From: Asterias rubens
Lineage: Eukaryota
Reading direction: 5' to 3'
NCBI RefSeq assembly: GCF_902459465.1
Contig: NC_047083.1
Span: 8,928,001-8,992,000 of the forward strand
Length of the DNA: 64,000 bases
Positions 36,801-50,300 of this stretch are shown here, in pieces. The notes under the pieces are model-generated. The model searched no databases. It was given only the letters and a program-made list of their open reading frames with translations, and was not told the origin of the DNA. How positions within the stretch are numbered: the first letter of the stretch is position 1; each line of letters opens with the position of its first letter. The position numbers and the translations under genes were made by a program.

Positions 36801-39237
36801 GGGATCTCCTAGGTCGGGAAGCTGCGTTCTCTCCCCTGGCTTGTTATGAACGTGCTCAAAATAAGTGTAGTAGGGCCGTGGCCAAAACTATGTGGGTTGA
36901 GATTTCCGTGGTCGTTAAACAAAGCGTAGCACTGTTGCTTGCTATTTTGAAGTAGAAACAACCGCTCTGTTGGCATTGGTCTAGGGTGTACTAGGTTTTT
37001 ACTTGCACACTTGTTTACAAAAAGGTAGAGTTAGCCTGGCATTTGCATTACCATGGAGATTTATATAGCATTCAACGGTCCCAAAAACCAGCGTTGTACA
37101 TTTTGCCTTTAACCCCTATATTGTTATCTTCACAGTGGGTTCTGGATGTCATTATCTGCAATGGTGCCGGTATATGGCTAGGAATGAAAACTCTCAATTA
37201 CCTGAACATGAAGAAGTACAAATGGAGTGGTCTGTGGAAAATACCCTCTTATTCGTAAGTAGTTGTCGCCACCTTGGTCTAGTACCCAGTCTACACAAAA
37301 AGTGTTGAAACCTAATTCTCATTACACCCAAAAGGAGACCTGACTTCTTTTTGTGTGGACAAGACCGACTAGACTAACCAGAAACCATAGAGCACAGGGA
37401 GATTGACTATATGAACCATGCACTGGAGCATGGTCAACTATGGCCAATTCGACAGCTACATCACAGTCTCTGGTCAAGTGGCTCACCCAAACTTGCTCAT
37501 AGTTATTAGCTATACGTTGATCAATAATATTAATAACAAAAACAATAATTTTCTTGATTTTTCACAGGGGAAAGTTAAAGAGAATTGTTCTTCAGTTCAC
37601 TCCTTATAGTTGGACCCGATTTGACTGGCAACCCACTGCTAATATTACGCGTTGGCTCGCTGTTCTTGGAATTATATCTATGGTAAGGGAAACTCTTTAG
37701 AGACCATTATGGAAGTTTTTGAACGCCGTAACCAGAAAGCTCCATTAAAGGATTTGGTACCATGGTGGTTGGAGCGCTTGGCACCATTCCGAAAGCACTT
37801 GGGAAACATTACGAAAAAGAGACAAACGTGAGGATCCTGAGAAAAACCCTTGAGATCTAAGGCTTAGGAGACGTTGCCTGTCTCGAAAAGTTACCTGCTC
37901 AAAGGAAAATGTTATATTTCTTTTGCTTACTGTGATTAGATGAAATAGTATTCTGATTTAATAGATGGAAATTTGCATCGGTATAAAGATAAGATCATTT
38001 CGCGTTTACCCATGTACACCGATGTGTGTAGCACCAGTACTTTTCCTGAGCTTTATGAAAGAAATCACTGCATGCTACTCGGCTGGGATTCAAACCCACG
38101 ACCTTTGGATTTCTAGAGCAGTGTCTTACCAAATAGACCACCGTTCTGAGATTACCCAATAGCTTGACGCAGTTTGAATCCTATATTTAGCAGCGGGTAC
38201 CGCAATTATCTGACTTCTTAATTTTCTTACCTGATCTTCACAGTATCTCTTAGCGGAGTTGAACACATTCTATCTCAAGTTCATCCTATGGATTCCGCCT
38301 CCTCACATGCTGAACTGGCTCCGACTGGTCCTCTACGTCCTTGTAGGGTCCTGTGCGCTCCGAGAAACCTTCCAATACATGAGTGATCCGTAAGTCAAGA
38401 TTTTAACCAGCCATGCTACCATTAGGCTGGTCCCCTGTCCTTATCTGCAAGGATAACCTGACTTTATCCGCAAAGATAAAGACAGGTACTGGTTTTACAC
38501 AACCAGTGATTTCATTGAATACAATGATTTCATTGGATAATCTTGCAGTGACTTTTGCTGTCCATAATGCCTAATTCTTCAGATGGGACATAAAATTGTT
38601 GGTCCAGTGTGTTGTGAACACACGTGAAAGAACCCACTGCACTTATTGAAAACAGAAGGAGTTCCTGGTTTGATTGGCTGCTTATTGCGCTAGGCACCTT
38701 GTAAACATGATTCTATGTAAAAGGAGTGGGTCTCAAAGATCAATGTTGCCCCACATAATAGCTTGCAGGTAAATACTGACGGTGAAGTTCCTTAAGCGTC
38801 ACTGAGTGACGGATAAGCGCACTTTTTATGAAGCCATCAATATTATTATTATTCTCTTCATGAACAGTGACTGCAAGCAATTTGGCCAGCAGTCTTGGGT
38901 CACGAGCGCCATTGTCTTCACTGAGCTTCTAATTGCCATCAAGTTCGACCTCCCTCTCCTCCTGAAGCCGTTTCCCCGGTACATCGCCATTGGCTGGCTC
39001 CTTGGCCTCATCGCAATCATCACCTGGACCGTCTGGAACTTCTGTATCCACCGGGTATCCTTTCGTTTCTGGCGATGGACGATAGCGAAACCAAAGACTA
39101 CCATGGATGAGGATCCGAGGCTCGCTGCAGAAACAGATGATGAAGAGGTTGACTCAAATGGTGATGGGCAGTCCGCTGAAACGGACTCGTCTGGTCCTAT
39201 GACGAGGTATCGATCACAACGCCGCGACGTATCATAG
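33819..39237 (+). CDS. PTDSS2: phosphatidylserine synthase 2, 473 aa, 10 coding exons
   Basis: Exons 33819-33934, 34548-34649, 34999-35149, 35477-35614, 36064-36114, 36477-36590, 37136-37254, 37568-37682, 38244-38389 and 38868-39237 are phase-consistent. [50 protein letters not shown] and [13 protein letters not shown] are PTDSS2-type. Confidence 0.95.
36165..36495 (+). repeat. 3-copy ~120-bp tandem array whose last copy provides the PTDSS2 exon-6 acceptor
   Basis: GGAGGTTCCCTTTT..ACTTTGAG..ATCAG|ATG(T/C)TAATGATA at 36165, 36291 and 36411. Confidence 0.9.
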
Positions 39238-40306
39238 GGTTTACAAAACATGACTCCATGCCCCAATTTCATACACATGCTTAGCACAAAACACTACTTA
39301 ATACAGGCTTTATGAAATTGGGCCAAGTCCTTGTGCTAACTTTTTTGTTATGAACCTAGTCCTATGTAAACCTAGTCCTATGGGCTTGGCAGCTGTGCAT
39401 TTGACTAGCCGGTATAGCAAAAAGCACTACTTACCAGAGCCCAAATTCATAAAGCTGTATAGCAGAAAATTCTGCTTAGCAAATTTCTTGGCTAAGCAAG
39501 AAATGTCCGGAGTACCAGTCACAGCAATGGTAACTGTATATTGTTCTGGTGTATGGTTATAACCAAATTTTTGCTACGCCAATTTTTTTGTGCGCTCACT
39601 GCAGATACGAATGATGATGGTAAAGAGATTGAAATTAACAATGCTAAAAACGACTCGTCTATGTTGAGGTATCGATCACAACGCCCTGATTTAACCTAGG
39701 GTCTACTTTTTTTTATTGCGTCTTCATGAATGAAGTCTTTCTAAGATTCAGCTAACAAATGGAAGAATATGTTATTGTATGTTGATGTCAAAAGTGTGTT
39801 TAAATTTGCTTTTCAATTATCCGAAACAGGTGCAATTCATTCGACTCCCGAGATTCATTGGAAAAAATGAACAACGAAATATGAGTACTAAACTTTTTAT
39901 CAAACCAAAAATGTGTTTATGTAGCAGTGTTTACATATAATCATGTAAAAAAAATGTTTTTATGTTTTTTTTTGTCTGTTTCCAATTCATTGCCAATTAT
40001 CATGACACTGACCGTGCAGTAGTGCACTTTAAATTTGAGAAAATCACTGTTTTTAAAAATATTCTGTCTTTTTTAAAAATCGGGACTAAGGCAAAGACCA
40101 GGTAGTCTTGGTCCACAAAGACCAGGGTAGTCTTGGCTCAAGACGTTACTATCTCATAGTCGGAGTGAGCTTTTCATTATGAATTCTTTGCGGCTGAAGC
40201 TAGAAATCAAACCAATGATAGTGACGCTCTCTGTTGTTTGAATTTATCCATGCCAAGGTCTTGGTCTTTGAACCATTACTAAGACCAGGGCCTACCACTA
40301 CCTCAG

Positions 40307-40507
40307 TAGACTTGATGACAAGTCGTTAGGCGCTGCCTATTTGTCCGCCGTTCATGCAACAGTCACAGTGCGATTATACACATGCAACGGTCGTAGGTAG
40401 CGCGTGGCGACCGACTCGCACACACATACTGAGATTGAGGGTGAGTGTACCGTACCCGTAGCTACACCGCGCTGCGCTTAACAATTACCGTCTTGACTTC
40501 AAGACTA
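40307..40507. mobile_element. MULE-like MITE, 9-bp TSD
   Basis: CTACCTCAG|TAGACTTGATGACAAG...GTCTTGACTTCAAGACTA|CTACCTCAG. Confidence 0.75.
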
Positions 40508-40582
40508 CTACCTCAGGGAAATTCCAGGGTTTGTTTGAAGCAGCCACTGGACCCACTGGCTAGATTAGTGATATATAAGATG

Positions 40583-40902
40583 TTAAATTTGCATCAGGGA
40601 TAAAGGATAATAATTTTAGTTTTTTACCCATACACTGATGTGTGTTAGCACTGTATACTCAGTACTTTCCCCCTTGTACCCGCTGCTAAAACATAGGATT
40701 CGAACTGCCTCTAGCTACCGGGCTACCTCGGTAGTCTAGTTGGTAAGACACTGCCCGAGAACTGCAAGGGTCGTGGGTTTGAATCCCACCCGAGTAATAT
40801 GCGTGTGATGTTTATTTTCACAGGGCTCGGGGAAGTACCAAGTATACAGTGCGAACACTGGGTAAAAACCTGGTGTATAGGTAAAAACCAAAATTAATAT
40901 TC
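40583..40902. mobile_element. inverted-repeat element enclosing a tRNA-like cloverleaf; related copy at ~37970-38210, fragments at ~28770-28870 and ~46280-46350
   Basis: Arms TTTTTACCCATACAC..GCACTGTATACTCAGTACTTTCC / GGAAGTACCAAGTATACAGTGC..GGTAAAAACC; interior GTCT-AGTTGGTA-AGAC (D arm) and GTGGG-TTTGAAT-CCCAC (T arm). Confidence 0.65.
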
Positions 40903-40961
40903 TATGTTAGGGATGTTTGAAGCTTTACATGTTGTGAATAATAAGAATAAACTATAAAAAC

Positions 40962-41185
40962 TTATGGGAACAACCATGTAACAGTTCTGTTGTGAAGGAG
41001 TGTTGGCTCAGAAAAAAACCAGTTTGGTCTCCACATTTCGAATAGTACATTCTCTGCTGGTATTCTTTTCTTCTGAAGACCAGAAGAGTATACTGATCGA
41101 AACATCGAGACCAAACTGGCTCTTTTCAGTGAGCCTGCACTCCTTCAAAAGATATTGATTACATGGCTGTACCCACAAGTTTACT
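40962..41185. mobile_element. foldback pair of PLE-like 3' ends with a decayed hammerhead core (41073-41111)
   Basis: GAAGGAGTGTTGGCTCAGAAAAAAACCAGTTTGGTCTC..TTTCG is inverted against CTGAAGA..GAAACATCGAGACCAAACTGGCTCTTTTCAGTGAGCCTGCACTCCTTC. Confidence 0.6.
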
Positions 41186-42672
41186 ATTATTTATAGTTTG
41201 TTCTTAAGGCCAGAGTCAACTAACTAATAGCATTATAGCATTATATTGATATAAAAAAAAATCAATTATGAAAACTTTAACAGTTTTGAGGTTTGTTTCT
41301 TATACTTTTGTAACGTGTATTTATCTCTGCATTGCATTCTATTAAATATAACAGTGAAAATTACATCCGTCCATAAGAAACAAAAGTATTGAAAGAAAAA
41401 CCATGAATTTCTTCGCTTAGCAGTATTGAAGTACAGCCTGTAACTGTTAGCGTTGGAAATCGCATCAGATTAGTTTTTGCGTGAACTGTGAACCTAACAG
41501 AAACAAATAGTATCCATAAGGCATTTTGTTTTAATTCTGATATAAGGTTTGTTAAAATCTCTTTTTCTTGTTTTGGAAATCTCTCTTTTTAGTGTGGGAA
41601 AAGGTCACAAATGTTGAATTGTATTCAATGAAAGAAAAAAATGGCCTTTGAAAGGATTTGTGTTTGTTTGTTTGACTGGATCTAATCATTTGTGAACTTC
41701 TGTTGTTAAGTTATTGCCATATACATGTACATCTGGTACATCTTGTTTCTAAGTGGGGTAATTCAGCTTTTCCCAAGAATATGCTAATTACAGATATGCA
41801 TGCTTATGGATGGCATGGGTTTTAGTGTTGTAGAATAGGCAAGCCTACAAACGCTAGTAAATTGACAAAATGTCTAGTGAGAAGTTTATTCAAACTAGCA
41901 TCAGAAACATAATAAATATACTGAGCTAATTCACATTGGGGATTTATGTATTGTATGATTTGATGAGTTATTGGTAATAAAAAATGTTTACTTTCAGTCA
42001 ATTGCTTTTTTAAAATTATTTCTTTGTTTTGTGTCCTTTACATGTTGCTTATGGAAAATGGAGATACTAAAATGCCATAAACAAGTATCCATTAAGAAAT
42101 ACTATTGTGAATTCATGCAATTTTTGTAAGTTTTCAATTCAGGAAAAACATGCAAATTTATTCGGGACTATTCCACTTTAGGACTGGGGGAGACGCCACC
42201 AATCTGAGGTTCTTTTTTTCTTTAATTAGCGAACATTCCTTTTCCCCTCCCTTCATATAGTTTTTGATAAAAGTTTTGAATAATGGAATAATCTCATGTT
42301 CCCTTTGAAAATATTTTGGTGGCAATTTCACTTTCTTTATTATTATTTTACAATAACAACGATTTGTTAATCTAAGATCATTAACAGAAATAAACCATGC
42401 ACACAATGTAGGCCTACATCTTAAATAAATTCAATTTTCGCGCTTGACCCTCTTTTTATAATTAATGTCTCCGTCCACAAAAATGGACTCGCCCGTCTCA
42501 TAACGAGGCTATGACATAGAGGTCGCCATGATTAGAGAAAAAACGCAGACTGTCGAAATTCCTCACAGATCCGTAACAGAACATCGGTTAAAATTATCAT
42601 TTTCTCTAAACTGAATGGGCAATTTTTAGTTCTACTGATAGAGGGAGGATCCCAGATCAACACAAATGCACA

Positions 42673-45600
42673 ATGCTTAAGTTATTTTCCTTAAAACAGG
42701 AGAAAAGGGACGGCGAGGCGGCCGGAAAAAAATCAGGAGTTAACCAGAAAAGAGCCTCCGCAGCACAGTTACGATGCATGAAAGGTGAATTAACGTAAAC
42801 GTAGTGTACAAATTAGTGTTTGACATAAAACGAGAAATGTTGACATTTTGTGTTTATTTATGACGTGAAACTATGACTAATGTGCAAAGTATTGGGATTT
42901 GTTTTAGGCGTTGTGGGTTGTTAACATCTAAACCTAAAGACGAACAAACCTAGAAAATAAATATTCATAAAATCCTTCTGCAGGAACTTGGATTGGAAGT
43001 TGGATTGGAATGGGAAGAACATTTCATGAACTTTTATTTTCTTTTTAAAATTGTAAATAAAGTGTTGCATTCCATTTGTTGTTGTCTTTTCCTATATGAT
43101 CTGCATGGATGTGTTGGATTCAGTTAACTTTTTAAATTGTTTTTGTGTTTTTATTGGCACTTACTCTTCTTTGATTCGTATCATTTGATTATAATTTGAA
43201 TAATTTTTTATATCGCTAGCTTATATAGGCCTAATTTTAGTATTTTGTTATTGATGATTAAATAATAATTTCTTTGATTTATAATATTCAATTTATTTAA
43301 CGATAACATTCTGAATCTGAAATCCATCAAGCATCAATACATGCATTCTGATTTTCATTGATGTTGGTGTTTAGTGTCTCCTGCCACTTTTTTTAACCTG
43401 ATCCATTTTGAAGTTACTGAAAATACTAAATACAATACAATTTTCGTTCTTTGTTTTGGTTTTTCTATATTTATTGTTTGTAAGTGTGCATTACATTTTT
43501 TCAGTCATGTCGTCAGTACTAAAATCAAACAGTCAATCATGAGTCACCCTGACAGATAATCCAGAAAGATTTACCGTATCCTGCCACCACTTCTACCAAA
43601 AGGAACAACTCATTTGAGTAAATTAGATACAAATTTCATATTTAATGAAAAAACTGGTGGCAGGATACGGATATTTTTCTGATTATAATCCAGTCTGATT
43701 TGTCTTACTTGCTTTCTTCTAATCAGGACTTTTGATGTTGACCTTTTTTTCCAGATATAAGTGAACTAAACCTACCGAAAACCTGCCAGATAGAATACCC
43801 CGATCCTGACGACATACTCAACTTTAAACTTGTTATCACACCAGACGAGGTAAAGTTGTTGGGTAACTCCTCACTAATCAACCCAAACCCTGGTTAAAGT
43901 CCAATATTTGGCTGTTGAGTTATTGAATTGTATGGTGCTGGACCTATGTGTAGGACTGACTCTAGTAAATTGACTCTATGCTTTACATAAGATCAGGGAC
44001 TAATTTCATAGAGCTGCTAAGCACAAACATTTGCTTAGCATGAAATTTTTGCCTTGATAAGAACAGGATTTCCAACCAAATTTCAACGTGATTTTCAGGA
44101 TTTAAGCGAACAACGGCTGAGTACCAGTAACAACCAATGCAACATATGGAAATTTGGTTGGTAATCCTGTTTTCATCAGGGAAGAAATTTTATGCTAAGC
44201 AAATTATCATGCTTAGCAGGGCTATGAAATTGGACCCTGGTATACCACCATTACCAGAGTTCAACAGCTTATGTGTTAAATTAAATGGTGTTGTGAGTTT
44301 GTTAGAGTGAGCATGTTTTTTTTTTCGTTTATTAGAAACTACTCAAGTGAGTTAAGGTTAAATGGTTGTTTGAATTCTCTTCTTTTGCCTCCTTTTCATT
44401 TCCTCACAACTTGTTTTGAATGTTTCCCAATTTCAGGGTTTCTACAAAAATGGGAGGTTCTATTTCAGTTTTAAGGTAAGTTCAACTTGTAATGCACTCT
44501 GATGGAGGGGTTCCCCTTGTGTCAAAGTTACTATAAACTACCTCTTTCTCAAAAGCTATGTTACTTCAGAGGGAGGTAGTTTCTCACAATGTTTTATACT
44601 ATCAACAGCTCTCTGTTGCTCATTACCAAGTAAGTTTTTATGCAGGTATGTCTTTTTAGTAATTACCAAGATTTTCATGAAATGAGTTTAAGTTTTCCTT
44701 ATAATTCTTTCCCATCGCAGATTGGCCAGGGTTACCCTCACGACGCACCAAAGGTCAAATGTGAAACAATGGTCTACCATCCCAACATTGACCTCGAAGG
44801 AAATGTCTGTTTAAATATATTAAGGTAAGAAATAGACTTGTATCATGCTTCTGCCAGATTTTATCTAGGAGAGCTGAATGCACGAAGCCAATCAGTGACT
44901 TCAAGGCCGTGTCCCAAACAGCGACTATGGCTTAGCGCGTGTCTGCCTGTTCTTTAACACTGGCAAACGCGCTGATCTAGCCGTAGCTGTAGCCGAAGTC
45001 GCCCATTTCGGACATGGCCTAAAATTAAAGTGTTTTACGGTCATCAGTTATTGCATATTCTGCATTATACAAGTTTATGATTGTATTGCCCTCTTTGTTG
45101 GGTTCCCTGCTCACATATTGACAGTTCTTCTCATTCTAATTTAAGGGATCAGAATACATTTTTCCTTTCAGCCATGAAATTTTTCCCTGTTGAATTGTGT
45201 TCAATGTGCATGAAGTTTCATGTTGTATTAATGTGTTATTGATATTGCCATCTTTGTAATTGTGTAAATCTGTCACCTTTTTACATTTTGCATCCATGTA
45301 TATTTTCCTGTGTAATTTGACCTTTGTTCGCCCCTTTGGAATTTTTTCATCCTGGTGTTCCTGGTTGTTGAAGCGCCTTGAGCATCACTATATGAGCACT
45401 GTATAAGAATAAACAGTTATTATTATTGTTTGTTTGTTATGGAATAAACCATTAATGACTTTTGGCTGTACTGTAGGAGCCATGTAAGCTTCTAATTGTG
45501 ACACAATGCAACAAAGTGCGGTATTTGAGTTGATTGCTCAATGAAATAAATGACAACCTCTACTAACTGTTGCATTGGTATTTTGTTGTGTGTATAACTT

Positions 45601-46957
45601 GGCAGGCTTAGCGAGGAAATACTTATGCTTAAAATACATGTTTGTTTTTATATGGGTGTTGTTATTAAAAGATATTTTTACTTTTGCTAATGATGTTCAT
45701 AATTCTCATGTTATTTTGAGGTACTTTTTATATAATTAATAAGGGGTCCCAAAATGGTGGGCTACCCTCATAAGGGTTTTAGATTATAATATTACCTAAT
45801 GATTTTACCCAGTTTCTTTCCCTTTCCCCCATTTCCTCACAACCTCTAGCAACTGGTGAATTGTGTTGTATTTGGCAGGCCTAGATATGTTTATATAATG
45901 CTATAGTATAATTAGCGTGTTTGCTATGATACAATTTGTACAATGCATTCTTAGTTTTGTTGTCATTATTTCTAGTGAATTATCGTGTTGTTATGATTCA
46001 ATGTGTACAATGCATTCTTAGTTTTGTTGTCATTATTTCTAATGATATTTATAGTTCTGTTGTAATTTTGAGGTACTTTTATACACGTTTATGATCAGTG
46101 CCAAGTTTCATGGCACTGCGCATCGCAAAATGAGTTTGACCTAATATTCCACTTCTTGTTTCTCCTTTTCCCGACAGAGAAGACTGGAAACCTGTTCTGA
46201 CGATAAACTCAATCATATATGGCTTGCAATTTCTCTTTTTGGTAAGCATGGAAGAAGAATCTGAACATCACAAACAATGAATATAATTTGGTTTTTACCC
46301 GTACATCAATGTGCATTGAGCACTGTATACTCAGTACAAGGGAAAGCACTGAATATACAGTGCTCAATACAAATCAGTCTAGCGGTTAAGAGCACCAGAT
46401 TCAAGTTATGGTGTTTCTGATCAGCAGAGTGTGGGTTCAAATCACCAGCTGTGACACTTGTGTCATTAAAAGCAAGACACTTATCCATGATCCTTCAGAT
46501 GGGACGTTAAGTCAGTGGTCCCATGTAGCACCTTGTAAACCTTAGCATGGTGCTATGTAAAAGGAGTAGGTCTCATAGTTCAAACAAAGTCCCACATATC
46601 TTGCAGTAAAATACTGAATGTTGTAGCGCCTTGAGCATCACTGAGTATCGTAGCAGATATTAGCACTTTATAGCAAGCCACTATTATCACTATTAGTATT
46701 ATTAAACAGATGAATAAGTAGGAGGTATAACTTTATAGTAGGTCCTCAATCTATTGTTTCTAATCGATACCAAAAGATGCTTTTGAAACATTTTCATATT
46801 TGTTGTATTTTAGGAACCCAACCCCGATGATCCCCTTAACAAAGAAGCTGCAGAGGTCCTCCAGAACAACAGACGACTCTTCGAACAGAACGTCTTCAAG
46901 TCGATGCGAGGAGGGTACGTCGGTAGCCAATATTTTGAAAGGTGTCTCAAAGTATGA
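42673..46957 (+). CDS. UBE2M: NEDD8-conjugating enzyme Ubc12, 185 aa, 6 exons
   Basis: Exons 42673-42784, 43755-43849, 44437-44475, 44721-44824, 46178-46241 and 46814-46957. [10 protein letters not shown]-terminal E1-docking peptide; [33 protein letters not shown]. Confidence 0.97.
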
Positions 46958-47200
46958 TGACATCGCCCCGTGTTTCCTTATTTGTATTTGTGTGTGTCCC
47001 CCTTCCGGTTTCCCCTATCCAATCTCCCTTCCCCTTGAGTTTTAAGTGGCAAGCCACCTCTGCTTTAAGATAATCCAAAAAAAGAGTATTAGGGTGAAGG
47101 TTACAGCAGGGCGAAGATGGGGTTAAAGCAGGACTCGAAATTGGGGGAAAATCCACAAGACCAATGGGCTTGTTGCTCGACATGTTTAGTGGCCCAGAAA

Positions 47201-47350
47201 TGTCAAAAAAGGTTTCATTTATTGGAGTGGTGTCCAGCTGATGTGTTTTCTCTGAGCATTATTTTCTGCTGAATTGTCAAAAAAGGTTTCATTTATTGGA
47301 GTGGTGTCCAGCTGATGTGTTTTCTCTGAGCATTATTTTCTGCTGAATTG
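47201..47350. repeat. perfect 74-bp tandem duplication in the presumptive UBE2M 3' UTR
   Basis: TGTCAAAAAAGGTTTCATTTATTGGAGTGG..CTGCTGAAT at 47201 and 47275. Confidence 0.9.
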
Positions 47351-50300
47351 CTTTTTTGAAATTCAACCGAGACCTACATATTAGCCAAAATGTCATGACT
47401 GTTCCATTTTTAAAATGTTCTCAAGCCTAATCAAATTGTTTTAAAACAGCATTACAGAATAAGGCCCGATTTTAAGAATCCCTTGCGTTGGCGGCCATTG
47501 CTGGTCAAACAATGTACACGTGCATGCGTGTATGTGCAACTGTCGCTGAGGGCGCTGTTGTTGGCTTTTGGCAAGAGGTCTAATGCAAGGGTCTATGTCG
47601 AGGGCCAAATTTCATAAAGCTGCTAAGCAGAAAAAAACCTGCTTAAACAATTTATTTGCTCAGCAAAAAATTTAGTTGGCCACCAGTCTTAACTTGATGC
47701 TAATTTGATTGGTAACCTTTCTCTGTTATTGTAGGCAACACTTTTCTGTGCTAAGCAAGTTTTTGTGCTTATATGAGTTTTATAAATTTTGGCCCTGGAC
47801 GGTTTACTGTCATGGGACATTTCCTGGCTTAATGTCTTGTGTATTGTTTGCATAGCCTGACGTTTTCTTATGTCAAAATGGCACTTATTTATTTCATGAA
47901 ACAGATCTTTGGGTTGTTTTAAACTCTCTGATATCATGGCATGGCTATCTTCGTCTGGTTCCAAGATCTTTTCCGGTAATTACCAAGTTTTTCGTTTGAA
48001 GTTCAAATTCTCGGCTATTTGAGATAAACCATCTTTTTACATGCACCAATTTATTAAACAGTTTGGTGCACGTCAAAGTGGCAATCGGGGAGTGGCAGTC
48101 AAAATGTCATACATTGTCATATAATTTAACATTATTGGTACATTATTGTTTTTTTCCCGTGAAAAACTGTCTAATTATTAAAACAAATTTCAGATTTTTT
48201 TTAACAGAATTTTTTCTGAAAGGTTTTGTCCTTAATTTAAGAGTTGGTTGGCTGATTTTGTACGCATGTACATCTATTTAAATGAATAAATAATTTCATG
48301 TATTTTTATTGGACAGATGATAATAATGATTTTGCGGATTAGAGATACCTGGAATTTTACCAGTACCTTGATTGCTCCCAATTTAATTGTTCCTAAAAAT
48401 GCTTTAGTTTAATGGCCAGGCCCCTGGCCTTAAGGGGGTTAACATGGCCAGGGCTCAATTTCTTAAAGCTGTTTAGCAGAAAATAATGCTTAGTGGGATA
48501 ACAGACAATGCTATTTTTGTTAAGCATGAGTTTTCTGTGGTAAGCAAGTGCTTACAGGCTTTTTATGAAATTGGGCCCAGTGGCTTTTTGCCAAACCTCT
48601 GCTGAGGCTTTTGTCTCTGGCTTAAGACTTTGTTTGATGTTTTAAACACTGTACACACCTCGGACTCAAGTTCTGGTGGTTAAGTCATCGACACTTGTGT
48701 CCTTGAGCAAGACACTTGACCTTAAGCTTCTCTCCACCCAGGGGTAAAATGGGTACCTGTGAGGGCAGAGATGGTTTTTGTGAATGATTAGCTTGGAGCG
48801 CAGTAACTGTATACTCCCCAGGGAGCTGAGATGGTTTCAGGAATGAAACATATAGCCCAGTGAACAGGGGTTATAATGCTGGAAGCACTTTCAAACACTC
48901 TTCAGGCTGTGATAAAGCGCTTTATTAAACTGATTATTATTATTAATACAGAATATACATTGCTCCAAAGGTATAACAGAGCCCAAAGCTGAGGTTTGAA
49001 AAACGCCACAAGAAAAGTGTCTATGGGGGCATATCAATAAAAAGGGGTGCAGTCACTTTGTCAGATATTTGTCCGATTATAAATGTGCAGTTGGGACAGA
49101 ACACACCATTTTCAAAAGCTGTATGTACGTTCGCGTCATTTTGTGAGACCCGTTGTTTTTTTGGAGTATCCATAAATGACTATGCTGCATATACGAGTCC
49201 TTTTAAATGTTTTGTCGTCTGCTCTGAAAATAATTTTGTTTACTTATTATGATCATCACATTTTGTAAACAAGTATTATTTATTAAACATTATGAACACT
49301 TACCAGAAACTAACTGTTTTGCAACATCTTTGATTGAGGTCCGGTTTCGTTTAAAGCCTTAAGCCTAAGCTCATAAGCACAACAACAAAACTAAGCTTGC
49401 CAAAATAAGGTTACCAGCCAAAATGTCATGTCGCATGATGATGTATATCTCTGACTGGTTTCCTGCATACTTTTGCTAAGCAGAAAAAAAAATGTTCAGC
49501 AAAACTTTTTGATCTTATAAAATTTTCTGGAGCTTAAGCACAAAAAGTACTAAAGCACAAAAAAATATGCTTACCAGATTAAGGTTACCAGCCAAACTAC
49601 CTTGCCACATGTACAAATTGTGACTGGTGTCCTGCTCATTTCTGCTTTCTACTTATAGCATCTCTATGAAATTGGGTCCAGGTTTCAGCAGTTGACAAAT
49701 TGCTTCTTGTGAAAACTAGCATATATTTTGGGTTCCATTTTGGGGTAGTTTTATATCACAATATTGGAGTAATCTCCAGATATGGACCAGTGATGATTTC
49801 ACAATAATTGAAAAGGGATGGATTGGGGTATAAGGAATTCCAATCGGGGTAGTTTCAAGGGGTTATGTTCACCCAAGGAGGGTACTGAGTAATGATACAT
49901 ATTTGTCAATGTGGGACACTAGGTGGCAGCAGACTTTCCAGGTAACTCCATTGTTCCTGGCAATGTGCACATACTCAGAACTACAACTTTACGAATTAAA
50001 CTGGGCTGGATTATACAAAGGGTTAAGACTAATAACTCCTAAAGAGTCCTAGGTTCAGTCCTAAAGTTACAACTATCTTTGTGAAATACCCCCCCCCCCC
50101 CCAACCCCAACTTGGCCCACTTCCGAAGGGCACAAAATATGGCTGAACTGTTTACTGCTTGGCAAAAATAAGCATGATACCAGTCAAAAAGGTGTAAATT
50201 TAGCACATTTTGTATAATGGTAACCTTAACCCGGTAAGCAAAATGTTGCTTTGCTAAGCTGCTTTTTGTGCTTCAGCAGTTCTATGAAATTTTGCCATAG

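Noticed and set aside
38826-39287. 153-aa antisense ORF
   Set aside because: Shadow of the PTDSS2 last exon.
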